Shown: positions 50,118 through 63,889, counted from the stretch's first letter. The stretch: 64,000 nucleotides of DNA from Iphione sp. A-MEVVRFRX5 (GCA_976226885.1 OZ320316.1:88598001-88662000), one strand, 5' to 3'. The notes: a model not told the origin generated them from the sequence alone. Made by a program: numbers and translations.

Positions 50118-50170
50118 TTTTGACATTTGCTCTTCAGTGTATGGTTTTGACATTTGCTCTTCAGCGTATG
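50118..50170 (+). repeat. 27-bp tandem duplication (TTTTGACATTTGCTCTTCAG(T/C)GTATG)
   Basis: Two near-identical copies at 50118 and 50145. Confidence 0.9.
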
Positions 50171-52640
50171 CCCCTTGTTTGGAGTCTTAAAGCACCTCAA
50201 TTTTGATTAATTGCATGAAGGGAGGCACTTTTAGCACATAAAACTGTAGGTTGCCTCTTATGATTGACCAATACTTTCTTTACCAAATGGCATTTTTTTG
50301 GCGATAAATCATGTTTTTCATTTGTATCCGAGGGAGATAAAATGACAAAACATATCGCTTATCAAAGTATTTAATTACAAATGAATCTAATTAGATACTC
50401 AGACTCAATTCGATAAAGGGATTGAGCGTAGTGTGGGAGACTGTTCCAGTCGTTTAGTAGAAAGGAGACTCTTTCTCAAAGATTAAATTCACAGTTATTA
50501 ATTGTACATTTAGCTAGAGATAGGATTATCGATGCCGCTCCTGGCATGCAAATGAGACCTCGCTGAAAGCGTCTGAGTTAGGACATGGCTATATCTACAT
50601 ACATACACTGATGCATTAAAGACTAACGCTTATCAAAACTTGTTTAGTTTGCAATACATGACAGTGAGTGATATAACGTCCCGCACTGTGTACCATAAAT
50701 ATCAAAGGCATGGAACATCAATCAAACCTCTCTGTGCCTGCGAGGAGATATAACTCAAAGATGGGATAATGGATTAGTACACATGGGTCTCCCCGTTAGC
50801 TCTTATAGTTAAACAATCTCTGGCAGAGTAATACCCTGGACATGCTGGGTATTTTGCACTGAACCACCCGCCAAGTAGGCGCTTTGTTGCCTGTCGACTA
50901 TCATATATGTGATTTACTATTTTGGTCACACTTGCCTTTCAAAGCGGTACCTTCACTTTTCATCTTTTCTCATCTAGAACGCAGACAGGAAAGACAAAGC
51001 AAATCATAATCGCCCATGGATATAATTAAAAATGTTCTGCCTGAAAAAATGGCCTTTTGTCAAATGGGTGCGCTGGTGGTCTGTAGGACATAGATTACTG
51101 CATTCAACAATAACCCTATATTAGCCAGAAAGCCAAGGTTTCTCCCGTTTATGTCATATTTATTACATGGGGAAATCTTTGCCGATGTACATTTCTATTT
51201 TGAAAAAATGGGCAAAACGATTAAATGCCCGAACTGATGGTTCTCAAGAGCATTCGCGATTTTTAGAACGAAGTATAGACCATCGTCCTCATAAGAAGCG
51301 TGTTTTATGGTTGTGTGTTTCACTGTTAAATGACAATTTTACCTAAGACTACACACTAATTTCCGTAGTTTGTGTATAGTTTCTGTCAGGAAATGTTCAT
51401 ATAGACTACAAATGCGTCACCCTATAAAGGCAAAGGGCAGTACAGTATCAACTCATTACTCAAACCACAGAAAGCACTGAACAAGCTTGCTCTTATCTGT
51501 GAGTTGCCCTGTTACCTGCATTACGATCATTACATAAAACAATTCAGCGGGACCAGCCAAACGGGCTCTCAATTCTGAGAGGCCCTTATAGCTGATTTGC
51601 TAATAAATAAAAACGAAATTGCTTCATCACTCAAGACTTTTGTCATTCCATTCTCATACAAAAATCCTTCTACACTGCATCCTTGCGGTTTTGTGCTATC
51701 GTGAAGGCAAAATTGAAATGCCATGAAAATAATAGTCCTTTCCTTAGCCTATATCACTGGCATTTAAGGTGCTGATATTTACTACTGTGTAGCTTGTTCT
51801 CTTTGGTGGGTTGTCCTGTATGAGATGTTTCCCACATGCACATGATGTGCAAAAGATAAAGGCCTACCGGTTAATGAGTAAACGATAGTATAAAACATAA
51901 GGTACCATTAACTTAGCCCGCATCTCTTCACAAATTAAACATATAGAAAAAACTGGAACATGGGCTAAAACGTGCTACCTAACAGTGACTTCCTCCTAAT
52001 GCTCTTACTTAGATCCAATTTTGATGGTATACTTTTGACTTTGATATTACCCTCTCTGCATGACCACCACAGAGTGGCAGTTAGTAAGCCTTCCTGGCTT
52101 CAAATAACTCCAGAACATCGTCACAGGTACTAGAGAAGGTACTGACTCTCTGCCCAGAATAAGCAAGAATAAAAATGATGAAACTTGGAAAAGATGTCCA
52201 ACATTTCATACAATTGTATCTTATGACATGTAAGACCTACAATGACTCCTAATTGCTCAAAAAACCATTTAGAAGTTGACACTTGCACCAATGCCCATAT
52301 ATGTTGCATAAAACTGCACTATCATACCTCGAATAGAGTAGAAATATTTCAGATTCCACCCAACATCTAGATACAAACATGACAGTAGCATAAATGATTT
52401 ATGTGAGTAGCCTAAGCTCTGATTTGTAAAGTTAGCTCTAAATATTGCATTCTATAGTGAAATATGTGGACCCTCTCAGAAGCAACTCTCTTCATGGATT
52501 AAGCAAACTTAATTAAAAACGAACAGAAGCGGCTACATTAGTACTACACTTTCAGGTATTTATAAGTGAGGAGATACAAAGCATTATATCTTGGCTTTTA
52601 ATATTTACATAGAGTTATGGTTAAGAATTCATTATGGTAA

Positions 52641-52667
52641 TTGAGATGGTCATTTGAGATGGTCATT
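52641..52667 (+). repeat. 13-bp tandem duplication TTGAGATGGTCAT
   Basis: Two exact adjacent copies. Confidence 0.9.
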
Positions 52668-52698
52668 TCCTCGAATCATTCTGCTCTTTTCCACATAA

Positions 52699-53103
52699 GG
52701 CTCCCCCCAAAATAGGTGTGTTTCTGGTGACGACCAGAGTGTTTGACATTGGCTATATTCTCTCCTCTGCGTGCTACCAAGTGTGTGGTTACAAACAGCC
52801 AAAAACCTAGGTAGGGAGGGATATCTTTTTTAAAAACTTCTTTCCCAATTTTTTCCCCTGGTTTTCAATAGTAATAAAGATTATATGAAGAATTTGACCA
52901 ATTTATGTGAGTTTTACTGCTTTTTACTGAATTTCCATGGGTTTTATTGTTGTTCTACTGAATTTACCAAAATACATGTTCTGTGAAAACACATATCTAA
53001 GGAAATTCAGCCTAGGAAACTCTATGGGGCCAAAAAATCTTTAGGTAGGGTGAGGTTTTACTAAGTACGGGTAGGTAACCAGAAACACACTCATTTTTTT
53101 GCC
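52699..53103. mobile_element. PIF/Harbinger-like MITE, 405 bp
   Basis: GGC...GCC termini flanked by TAA on both sides. The inverted ends share GTGTGTTTCTGGT(G/T)AC. The interior has TAGGTAGGG repeats and a degenerate ~30-bp minisatellite. Confidence 0.8.
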
Positions 53104-56100
53104 TAACTGATAGAAAAATACATTATTGCATGTTGAAATATGTAAAACGTATTACTCTCAAATCATTTTTATACCTTGTAAGTGTATGTACAGATAATTC
53201 TCCGTTTCCTATATTGTAAGCTGTCAATTTTCAATTGACAATATTTCTGATGTGGCTGAGTAGGGTTTTGGTTTTACTGTAAAACATCTCCAGTTACTTA
53301 TGGTACATGTCTGGTTATGATTAAAGCCGATACTTAGTTTCCCTCGACAGGTTTTTGAAAAAATTGAACTTCTACAGATTCGATAGGAAACTGATATTAA
53401 ATGGGATGAGAGATGCACAAAGAACTCCAAACAGTTTGAGTGTATGGAGCAGACTGATTTATTGAAGTCAGAGTGGCTCTAAGTAATTAGGTCATATGTA
53501 AATACAGGTGTGGTAGTAAGCTTAATGAATATGCCACTATAAAGAAATATAGAATTAGTGTCTTAGTTAGTAATAAGATATACATGTATAAAGAAACATT
53601 TATAACATATATCCCCCTCTCCCCTCCAAGCGTGGGACACACTTGTAAGGACAAACTTGGTTATAGAATGGGAAATACTTCTACTCAAACGTTCAGTTGA
53701 CTAAAAATGTTATACATCCATATGTCTGGTGACATATGTAAAGTAAGAGAACGACTTAAATTCCTAACTTTATAACAAAACCTGCTCCAGACATACATGT
53801 AAATGATAAGCATATCACCAAGGTTACTAAAACATCAGTGGACGCCAAGAAGCTGTGGGTAAGGATTGAACGCAATATAAAAGAAGATCGGGCTATATGT
53901 TGCCTACAGCAGAATATTTAAAGCTGCAGCAGACAACTCACGAGCTGGACATTCTCGACATAGAATCTTTCCTGTCTGATTAAGTATTAGCTACTTTATA
54001 TGTGCAATCTATGTTCCGATCGACAAACTGGATAAGCTAAATATGGATATTGCCCAATATAACCTCATATTTCTTTCCCTACATAAGAATCATATACACG
54101 TATTTCTATACACGTGAATATGTAGACGTATCGAAGGGCCAGGCCATAACTTCTTTTCACGTGTCTGTATATGTACATGTACGTGTCTGTGTCAAACCAA
54201 TGTAGGAAAATCGGCGCTGAGAGAGATTTTTCGATTCGTATTAATTAAAGCCACATCAACAAGGTAATAAACACCTTGCAAGACAATATTTCGGTATGAT
54301 TCAGGATACTTCTTCTTCCCAATCGTTATTAGTGTCTATTTCTATTAGACCTCTTGGATTTATCGCCTAATCATGTTCGGCTGGCATTAAGTCTCTGCTG
54401 CAGATCTTGATGGGCTATACTGTGGCTGATTAATTTACCGGTATCATTACACTTAACAAAATGATCCTGCAATACCAGCTGCTGGTCTTCTCGATTGCAA
54501 TTTGTATCTGTCATCTGGATATTAGTCCAATCTGATTTCATCCGTTAGAAGGAGGTTTGAGTCTTGAAGCCGGCCTGCCTTTAGCTCTAAGGTGTGCTGT
54601 CCCTGATGTTGGTGGGCGCCTGCAGGGCGGAGCGCCAGGTGATGGATTGGCTGCCCAATAGGTGTTCAGGCCCTTGCCGGCTCCAAAATGGGCCTGGGGG
54701 CAAATGCAATTGCCATATCCGGCTGCTCTATGGCCAGTTTACCTTGCTTGAGGTAAGGGGCAGCCAACCAGATGGTTATTGTGAAAAGCCCACAGGCCGT
54801 AAGGAGGAGGCAACATAACCTAGTAGCTAAGGAGCATAACCGTTGCTACTCTGCCGGGAAGCTCCCTGCTATGTTTCTCTCCCAGACCGTGCGCACTAGG
54901 ACGGCCACGATGACGAAATGCCCGGAGTGGCCGTATTAAGGGCTGTCGACGGTGGACAATAGCCCCATACAGACCACGTTGGCCGTAACGCCGCTCACTA
55001 CATCTTCTTCCTTCTTCAGCCACCGCTCCAGCCATAGCTTTTGGTATCGTCGTATAGGGAAAACCTAACGGGTACTCACGTGCTCACATATAAGCAAAAC
55101 TCGACTGTGCCGGGGAACTGTCGCAAAACAGGTTTTAGAGCAACAGCGTTCCCCTTGCGAGTTATATCAACCTTCAGCGAGCCGAAAGTGTACGATCTTG
55201 TATGATGAATAGTGACACAAAAGTAAATATTTCATCATATGTTCCCAGTGACTGTCATGGGTCTTTGTATTTGTTGATTTAACTGCCATTTGCTACACCT
55301 CTTCGTCATACCCCACCGAGGTAGGGAAACATAAACCTTCCTCGATTCCTTCAAACAATCAAATCTAGACCACGTACGAAATAACAGCAGGTTTTATAAC
55401 TTTAAATTGCACATTACTTACCTTTTGAGCAATATATGTTATGTTGAAAAACAGTGGCCTTCCTTTATGATTTAAATCAAGCCTAAATTTCAGTAGAATT
55501 GAACGTTTTAGACACAACACAGATCTAGTATCGTTTACCACGGTCCGTGTTTTCTGCATTAGCTATCGTGTAGAATTAATTACGACTGTATCCAAGAGAG
55601 ATGTAGACAGATTCAATCAAATATTCTAAGTGTAATATTATACATGTTGAATTCTCTTGGATCTGAGTCACCTGCTCCTTCATTGAATAATTCAGTCGGG
55701 AAAGGGAACCAAAGGGATTGTCAGCGATATTGTTCATGTTTCCCTCAGCGGAACGTGATTGTCTCCATCTATGTGGTATTTTGTGAAAGATCACTCCATT
55801 TAGAGAGACACGTGAAATATTCAAGAGTGTTCGACCACTATAGCGCTTGTCCGTTTTGCGTAGGAGAAAGCAATGTTAAGCAAAGCAAGCCAAAGATATA
55901 TGCCTGCACGGTACGGGTCTACAAGGGGAGGTTTTATTTTCCATTATGAACCTTTTAAACCAAGATCACGAAGGTCCACTTCTATGCAGGAGGTTTTTTA
56001 AACCCTACAAAGTCAGTACTAGAAGGTTTCCTGTTTCCCTAAGCCTACGCAATCAATAGCCCGTCTAGGCCGCTGGTATAAACGCAGTGCAGCGCGACGG

Positions 56101-56378
56101 AGACATGGACCCCGGACACTCATACCTTATCTCGGTGTCCACTAACTTGAACTCTGACCTCCCCGGGGTGTCACGTGATCATAGGAGTGACCCAGAAATA
56201 GCCGCATCTAAGAATTGCTGGAACGCCCCCTGGACGTCAAGCGGGCAGTTGGTAAACTGGCCACTTGATCCCTTCGTTTATGACCAAAAGCGGTTGGGCA
56301 GTTTATCGTAATTGTTATTCAGTGTACAACTTGCCTAGGTTGCGTTTCATATCACTAAGTCAATAAATGGACCATATG

Positions 56379-56402
56379 ACCGTGTGGCCAACCGTGTGGC
56401 CA
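56379..56402 (+). repeat. 12-bp tandem duplication ACCGTGTGGCCA
   Basis: Two exact adjacent copies. Confidence 0.9.
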
Positions 56403-57758
56403 AAATTACGAACCGCTGTTTTGCGTCAGAGTGCAAAAGTCAATAATCAATTACGTCCACGCCTCTTGCAATGTTAAATTCGGAAATTGTAAAACCTTTC
56501 CGTAGTAATCGAGCATACATGTAGTGCACCAAGGAAACTTAGGCCAGGATTAGTATTATAATACTGCATGGAAGGGCCACTCGGGCCCTTGTCGGGAACC
56601 AGTGCGCATATTGGACCCAAGTTTACAAATCGATCAGCAGACCCTACGTTGATCGATACTGTGTGCTGCAATAAACAACCTGTGCCTTGTCTTTTCGGCT
56701 GATCCATCTCCTGCCAAATGCCAACCTGGCTTATTTGAACCTGGGCTAGCTGATGGATCAGCGAATTGCTGACGAGGCGAAACAAACACACGACCATTGG
56801 CTATGGGGATCCATCTATCAGGACCCTATACGTGCCCATAGAATGCCCTCGTGGCATGTAATTTGGGCGTCTATCTCCTCCAGGCGCCAGCCCTTCTAGC
56901 CATGCGTTAGCCATCCGTGGAGAAATTGCTCCGGTTTCGTGGCGTTGACAGGTAGAGACGCCGGTCGGCCGGAAGCAGCCGGCAGAGTGAGCTGCTCCTG
57001 TACGCACCGTTTGGGGAGAAGGGGTGGCATATCGTCACTGCAACCACTCGCTGGGATTACGTACCCAATGCTGACAGCTGATCGAATGTGCAATCCGTCC
57101 GTGACGCCCGAGGCGCACCGTCATGTTTTCCCAGGCAGGAATGCGCCGGACTACAAAGGAGCCGAAAGGCGAGTGATAGAATGAGAGGGCGTCACATATC
57201 CGCAAAAGTAGATTACGACTGGCTGTGATAAAGAAGCAGTGACAGACATTCTAATTAAAACAAAGTCTTGATCTTCTGCTTGAAATGAAATAGTTCATTT
57301 TCACATGGTCCAGGAAAAGAAGTAGTGGGACTGTTTGTGTAAGGATATGACTGAATCGAATCTTTAACAATAATTAATCATATGTGTCTCTATCAAAGAA
57401 ATAAAAACTGCTCATTCGAGCACCACGCATATTGATCAATTAATGTGACGAGCTCCTATAGATGTAGGAGAAGACAGAACCTACAAAGCTACAAGAAATA
57501 TTCGTAGGCTTTCGACATCTTTGGTATACAAGTGTACCATACTGCGCAGGCGTGCTGGCCGGTCTCGGTCCCTTGGCTCCGTTGCCTGGACTGGGATGGG
57601 TGCCCACTGCTGGCGGGCTTTATCATGTCCCTAGCGGGGCACAGATACGACGACCATCCTCCCGGCCCGCAATCTTAACCCCGAGTTTGACGGGCACGTG
57701 GAGTTTTAAAGCCCGCCTGATAGACGAGCGCGGCTGACCACGGCCTGGATTACCTCAC

Positions 57759-58006
57759 CTTGCCTCCATATGTCATGAGCAATGGTGGCCAAGGTCGCAC
57801 TCGGCCACCGGCAAAGAGACCGGCGCCATGTGCTCAAGATGCCATAAGCGGGCCGTACACGACGTGGAAGAGACGATTACCTCGGGCAGCGCGCGGCGCC
57901 GTGATTCAAGAGGAGGCGAGCGGACGCGGTGCGCGCCGACCCACCGACATAAATCTGCCTGGTTATGCGCCTGGACCGCGGTCCGATTACGGTGTTGCTG
58001 AACTGA
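57759..58006 (-). promoter_or_regulatory. Putative core promoter and non-coding first exon of the protocadherin (Inr + DPE)
   Basis: GC/CpG-rich island. Minus-strand TCAGTT Inr (A+1 = 58004) with GGTCC (RGWYV) at exactly +28..+32. Two CACGTG E-boxes lie just upstream (~58026, ~58057). Donors GAG|GTAATC (57881) and AAG|GTGAGG (57759). Confidence 0.5.
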
Positions 58007-61000
58007 TAATGTAGTCCCTTCTGTCCACGTGAGCGACCGAGGACACCGCGCTCGGTCACGTGATAGATGACCACTCTAGGGTCATCGGAGCCATCGGCGG
58101 CCCTGCTCGGCGGCAGGGACTACTTAGCCAGCGTAGCTCCAGCATGTCAGCTGCGGCGTCCGACCACCTCGGCCAGTCACTGGGCTAACGTGCTATTATC
58201 AGCCCCAGGAGGATAGGTGTTCACTACAGTCCGTGGCGGCTAAACTAGCCAGGCGTGCACTGACGTGTAGGCAGTGAGGCCCGAGAGGAAAAGAGGAGGG
58301 CCTTCAGAACGAGAGGTGACGACCTTGAAGGATGCACTGGGCGTGAAGACTGTCCCCTTTCAAGGCGGTCCTGTAGACAGGACATACTGTGTGGTAACTA
58401 GTGAGGACAACATGGCAGGTGATGAAGGTTTTGCAGCAGTGGACATGGTCGTGCTCAAATTTCATCAGACTTTCCCTCATATCTCTCCCTCTGAAATTAA
58501 CGACAAGTTAAGGCTCAGATCCAAGCCAAGCCAAGCCTTGTTATACACATTTTGGAAATTCTGACCTATACCTAGTTGTACAGCTTCAGGGAACAGGCAG
58601 ACACATACTGAACTAACTGAATTACGCATGTACATAAATGTATGAGTTCGGAACACTAAGTGGATGTATTCCAATGACCTCATTGTATCCTCCTATTTCT
58701 TGAATGTGATCAATAAGCCAATTTATTAGAAAACAAAAAAGCAGCAGTGGTGTTTCGTTTGCACTGCTTTGCAATTTATTGTTCCTGTAATAAATCCTGA
58801 ACAGTACCAGGCGATTTTAGGGACGTCAAATAATATTTCTCGCGAAATGCTGGGAAGTAATGAAAATCAAATTTCTCATCCAGTATGCAGCGAAGGTTTT
58901 TCTTAATTTAGAGTGCTATTCGGTGAAGGTAAAGATTAGTCTGGCGTTTCTTATTCATGGGCTTTATCATATACAACCACTATCCCGAAGGCTCAATTAT
59001 AATGGAATGGATTTTTGCTTACACACCTTATCATGTGGCTTTTGGTTATTTACAGAGGGCAAACTTTCAAAAGAACGACGAGGGTGAAAAATACATAGGA
59101 AGTCCAAAGGCAAAGACACTTTTTAGATGGAGCGTTCTCCCTCGTCCGTGCGCTTTTATCTACTAACGAAAAGATTAGGTTTCTCTAGTCACAAGGAAGC
59201 ATACGACTCTTTTAAGAGCTGGTGGTGGTCTACGTTTACTTGCAAATAGCTTTCAGAGAGAGCCAAACAATGATTCCTCTCTTCCTAATTGGAAGCCTGC
59301 GCTGCGACGCGAGAGCTGCATCTTGGATGTCTCTATTGTCCTGATCGTTTTTCAAATATTCCAGAACGAGAGAGATCCGATCCGCAGCAAAGTAGCAAGC
59401 CCGATACAATTACATATCATTAACATGAACTTCGATCAAACCAGAGGGTCTCGTGCTTGACATGCATAAATTCCTGCAATATTGGTTATAATGTGCTTCT
59501 ACATTATTTTCTTTACTTTTATTGTCAAAAGTATATTGATACTTCGCTGCCCTCTTAGGAGTTCGGTCATGGTGAATGTGAGCGTGTTTCATAGGTGCAG
59601 TGCCCGAAATATCGGTCGGGATGTGGTAATCAACGGGTGCCGAAGACGTGAAGAAGTAATTTAATTATACAGAGACCTGATATAAGTTATGAATGATGCG
59701 TTTCATAGCGAATGGTCTGTAATATGATTACCTCAATGATGTATCCATACATGATATTGCAATAAAGAACGAAAAAATATTTCCCTTGGACTGGCTATTT
59801 TCGTTTTATTGGACCGAGAGACATTAATACAGCTAATGTTGCCAGTACTGTAGAGAATGGAGACACCCACGGAGACGTTTCAGTAGGCAAGTACTTATTA
59901 GCATTTATATGTGTATCGACTGTCTCATTTGGATAAAAGCAACAATTTGCCACATAGGCGTTGATCTTTTTATGATGCATAACAACTTTATTAAACAGAA
60001 TCGTAATTGGGACTACGACTAGATAAATCATTAAAGAAAACACTCTCAATGAAATCTTTTGTTTCTTTACTGAAATACACATTAATGTTTTCATCTGAAA
60101 GGGTTTACCGAACGAGAAATATTTCCTCTTTCACAAGAATGTTGCATGTAAGAAAGAAATATAGTGAAGTTACTCAGAGACGTACAGAATTCCCCTTTCT
60201 CTTTAAACAGGGCAATAAAGAATAAATATTGAGGAGAAAAGTTACAATTATTTAGCTATGTGATCAATATTTAGGCGATATTCTTTGCCACTTCAGATAG
60301 AAAACTCCATGTCTCGAAGCATACATAACTAGGTAATGACCTTCATGTGTGCCTATCCATTTAGGTCAATTGAAAGGTCAGTCAGGATCATCTCCCCTTA
60401 GGCTGGGGTCAAAGAGGCTATTGCCAACAGTCCGCCCCGTCGAACTTGTGTAACGAAGTGTGTGCGAACCGTCCCCAATACATCTTCTCCCAGCATGGCT
60501 CAGTGACGAATTTTTCAACCCCTCATATTTCAGCCGCGATCTGTCAATAAGCAGCGACACACTGTCGTCTGCTGGGGCCTAACCCGGGCCAGTGTTTCAC
60601 TGAACGCTCGCAAGGCCAACCTGAAAACAGCCGACCACCGGTTCACCAACGTGCATTTACTAGATTGCTCATATATCTGCGGCAGTAGTACATGTATAGT
60701 ACCCCGGACTAGGTGATTGTACCACAAAATGCACTATGCTGATTCACCGGCACCCATGCTTCCGATGAATAAGTATTGCTGTAGGTTTTGATCATAGTAA
60801 ATTCAATAACTTGATTTACGAGCAAAATACAAGCTTGCATACTCTCTATGCAGTACACGGAAAACCGCAGATGGCTCCATATATTAATGTTGAATGTGTA
60901 TCCATTTTAATGGCCTAGTTAACATAATGGCATGAGATCGATTATAAATGTTCAAAGGATGTGATCTGTTTTGTAAAGAGGGAATGTGTCTTTCATTTAC

Positions 61001-63257
61001 AATAATATATATATATATATGAGCAAATTCCAAACAGAGATTTCTGATGGTAGCATTGCAGAAGTCCATTCCAAGCTTAGACGGATACAATTTTCTGAGC
61101 AACCGGCCAACGATATCAAATGAAATCTATTGACTATCTTCTAAGATTTATGTTTTCACTGTACTGGGTCTATTTGAAAAGAAATATTTTCCTAACTGAT
61201 GTTCTGAATAGTATCACGATGATATTATGAAAGGGTCTTCTCCAACGTACCAGACGTCCAATGTTAGTGCTTAGGTACGTATTTTAAACACATGACGGGT
61301 TTCGCATTCATTAGAGTACATGTACATGAGTAAAGTGGTGGGGAAGAGGATTGGGATGTGCTATATACATTTATATGTATATAATATATATTAATATTGA
61401 CCTTTCTGGAATCTATAAACAAATGATGGCATCTGGGTGTGTAGTTATGAATAAGACACATTTAAATGTTAAAATAGAATTGAGGCCAACACGGGTTAGT
61501 GAAATAACAAGAACACAATAATTTAAGACTTTTTGTCAATGAGGTAGTTTAACACGATGAGAGATTTATTGGGATTGGTATACTTCATTTTGCAAAAAAA
61601 GGAGGTATTGAATGGAGTCTAACACTGTCCACAAACAGTGAAAGGATGAAGTAATAGGAACCCAGCCTAAAGGTACGTGTATGCTTTGGCCAATTTTTGG
61701 AACATTTAAACGATTTATTTTACAACATGGTAGAGTATTTGTCTAATGTCAAAGAAAACGGATCCACAGAGTTCAGAAAGGTGCTTAACAAGAGTATGAT
61801 CCTGCCATAATGGACGTCAGAAAGAAATATTATAAGATGAATGTGTTGGAGTGACAAGAAGATTATAATCAGTAATGTGAAGAGATACTCGGGAAACAAA
61901 GGTGATGCTATCCTATAAATGGGAGGGATGTGCGGGCACTGAATTACGCAAGAATTCCTAATGTCTGTTTCAGTGAAATGGAGAGGAACATTTAGTCGAA
62001 TTATAAAGGAATATTCAGGGGAGAGGGAACGCGCTGATGCTGAGGACAATTATAGGTAATGAGCAGGTACTGAAGATCATCATTAAAACTAAAGGTCACC
62101 AAAATCTCAGAAACGTCAGGTCAACACCAGTCTTTTCTTAGGATTTGTCTAGAGTGTTTCCTTGCCAAATCACACGGCTTCAAAGAGAACATGTGAAAGA
62201 GAGTAATATTGTACCCCTATGTCACGCAAGTAAACTGCAACCGATTGGTTGGTAGGGGTATTACAAACCCAGGGCTTCTCTTTTCAGCAGGTGAACTAGT
62301 TGAGTAGAATTATCGACCTGCGAGCTTACTTTGACAAGGCGTTACGATGTATAATGTATCAGCTGACCTACAAGCATGTATGTTTTGGAAATATCACACG
62401 ATTACACATGCAAAAAATGTAAAGGGTCCACCGATTGGGGAAAATAACATAGGACAGCACCAGATATCAGGACACTCTACCTGTGAAAGAAGAATAAGTA
62501 CATGTACACGACCAGAAGCTACGCCACTCTATTGGCAAACAGAAGCAGGATATAATGAGTGATAAAAACAAGAAAAACACGTTAAGATGACAATGTCTGT
62601 AGAAAAAGGATATCGTATAGCGAGAAAGACTAGTTGATAATAACGTGAAATTTGTAACGGAAATAGAATGGTTAAATTCTTCTTGACAAACTTTCCCAAT
62701 TAATAGAAACAGAACGAATACATGAAACGTACAATGTACTAAGAGAGCCATTTGAAGACCTCCATTTGAATTCGAAACAAAGCTGCCCCTTTGCAGGGGT
62801 CCAGTTACATGTCTTTTTATCGGTAATACTGAAATGCAAACAAACAGTTTAACATTTGAAGCGTTATATATTGTAAATCTACCTCAAAATCATAACATTT
62901 CTCTCTACTCTTATGTAGCATATATATTTTTATATATTTAGATATAAGGTGCATGTATATATACCAACACATATGGAAAAGGGAGAGCGATCAAACTGTA
63001 AGCATCAAATATGCCGAATATACCTTATTCCTGAATAAAGTACCTCCTACAAACAGTAGATTTCAAAGCAAATCAGGGATATAATATCAGAATAACATAT
63101 CGAATATAAGGTTAGAAACGAACTCCACTCGTAATCAATTCCTACATAATAGACATGCGTTATGCCGACTTCTATTATTGTTTGTCGTTTGTGGAAAAAT
63201 AAACAACGGGTTCAATAGCGACATTTCAGACGGCTGGTGTTCACGGCGACAGCGTAG

Positions 63258-63304
63258 CATAGCTACTGTCAACAGGCGAATCCATAACATAGTTACTGTC
63301 AACA
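63258..63304 (+). repeat. 17-bp direct repeat CATAG(C/T)TACTGTCAACA, period 30
   Basis: Copies at 63258 and 63288, each containing CTGTCA (reverse complement of the Meis-type TGACAG). Confidence 0.85.
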
Positions 63305-63889
63305 ATGCTTGTGCCTCTGACACCACCAGCCCCTGCTTCCATCAATGTTGGATTGGCATCCATAGCGCACAGAAATTTCCATAGATGTACTTTATCGACT
63401 TTGAATTGTCAAATCATTGTATTGTCAAATATTTCTCCAGGTTCAAGGTGGGATGCGGTTACAAAGGAGCATCGCAGCAACGCGAGACTGCACCTTTCTT
63501 TAGGAAAACATCTTCTAACGTTCCGGATGGCGCCGCTTTTCGGAAGATTTTTCCGTTGAATGCTTGGATTACCATCGGGGAATTATTTTATCAAATGTAC
63601 TTTTTTCAAAGCGTCCCTATGGCATCAATTGCATACAGAAAAACAAGGCCATATAAAGGGACTCTAGCTGAAAAAAACAGACCACTGCCAGGTGTATCTT
63701 AAGTTACCTCATTTATGTTCCGTTGATTTCGGTTTGAAAGTAGCATGATACAGATAAGAAAATCTCATAAAAGATGAGCCTCGAAAGCTTTTTAAAATAA
63801 TTTGATACAGATAATGTTTTAAACAGATATTTTTCATCAGGCATGGTGAAGGCAAGGTGATTGACTGATAGCCTGCCAGAGAACTAATA

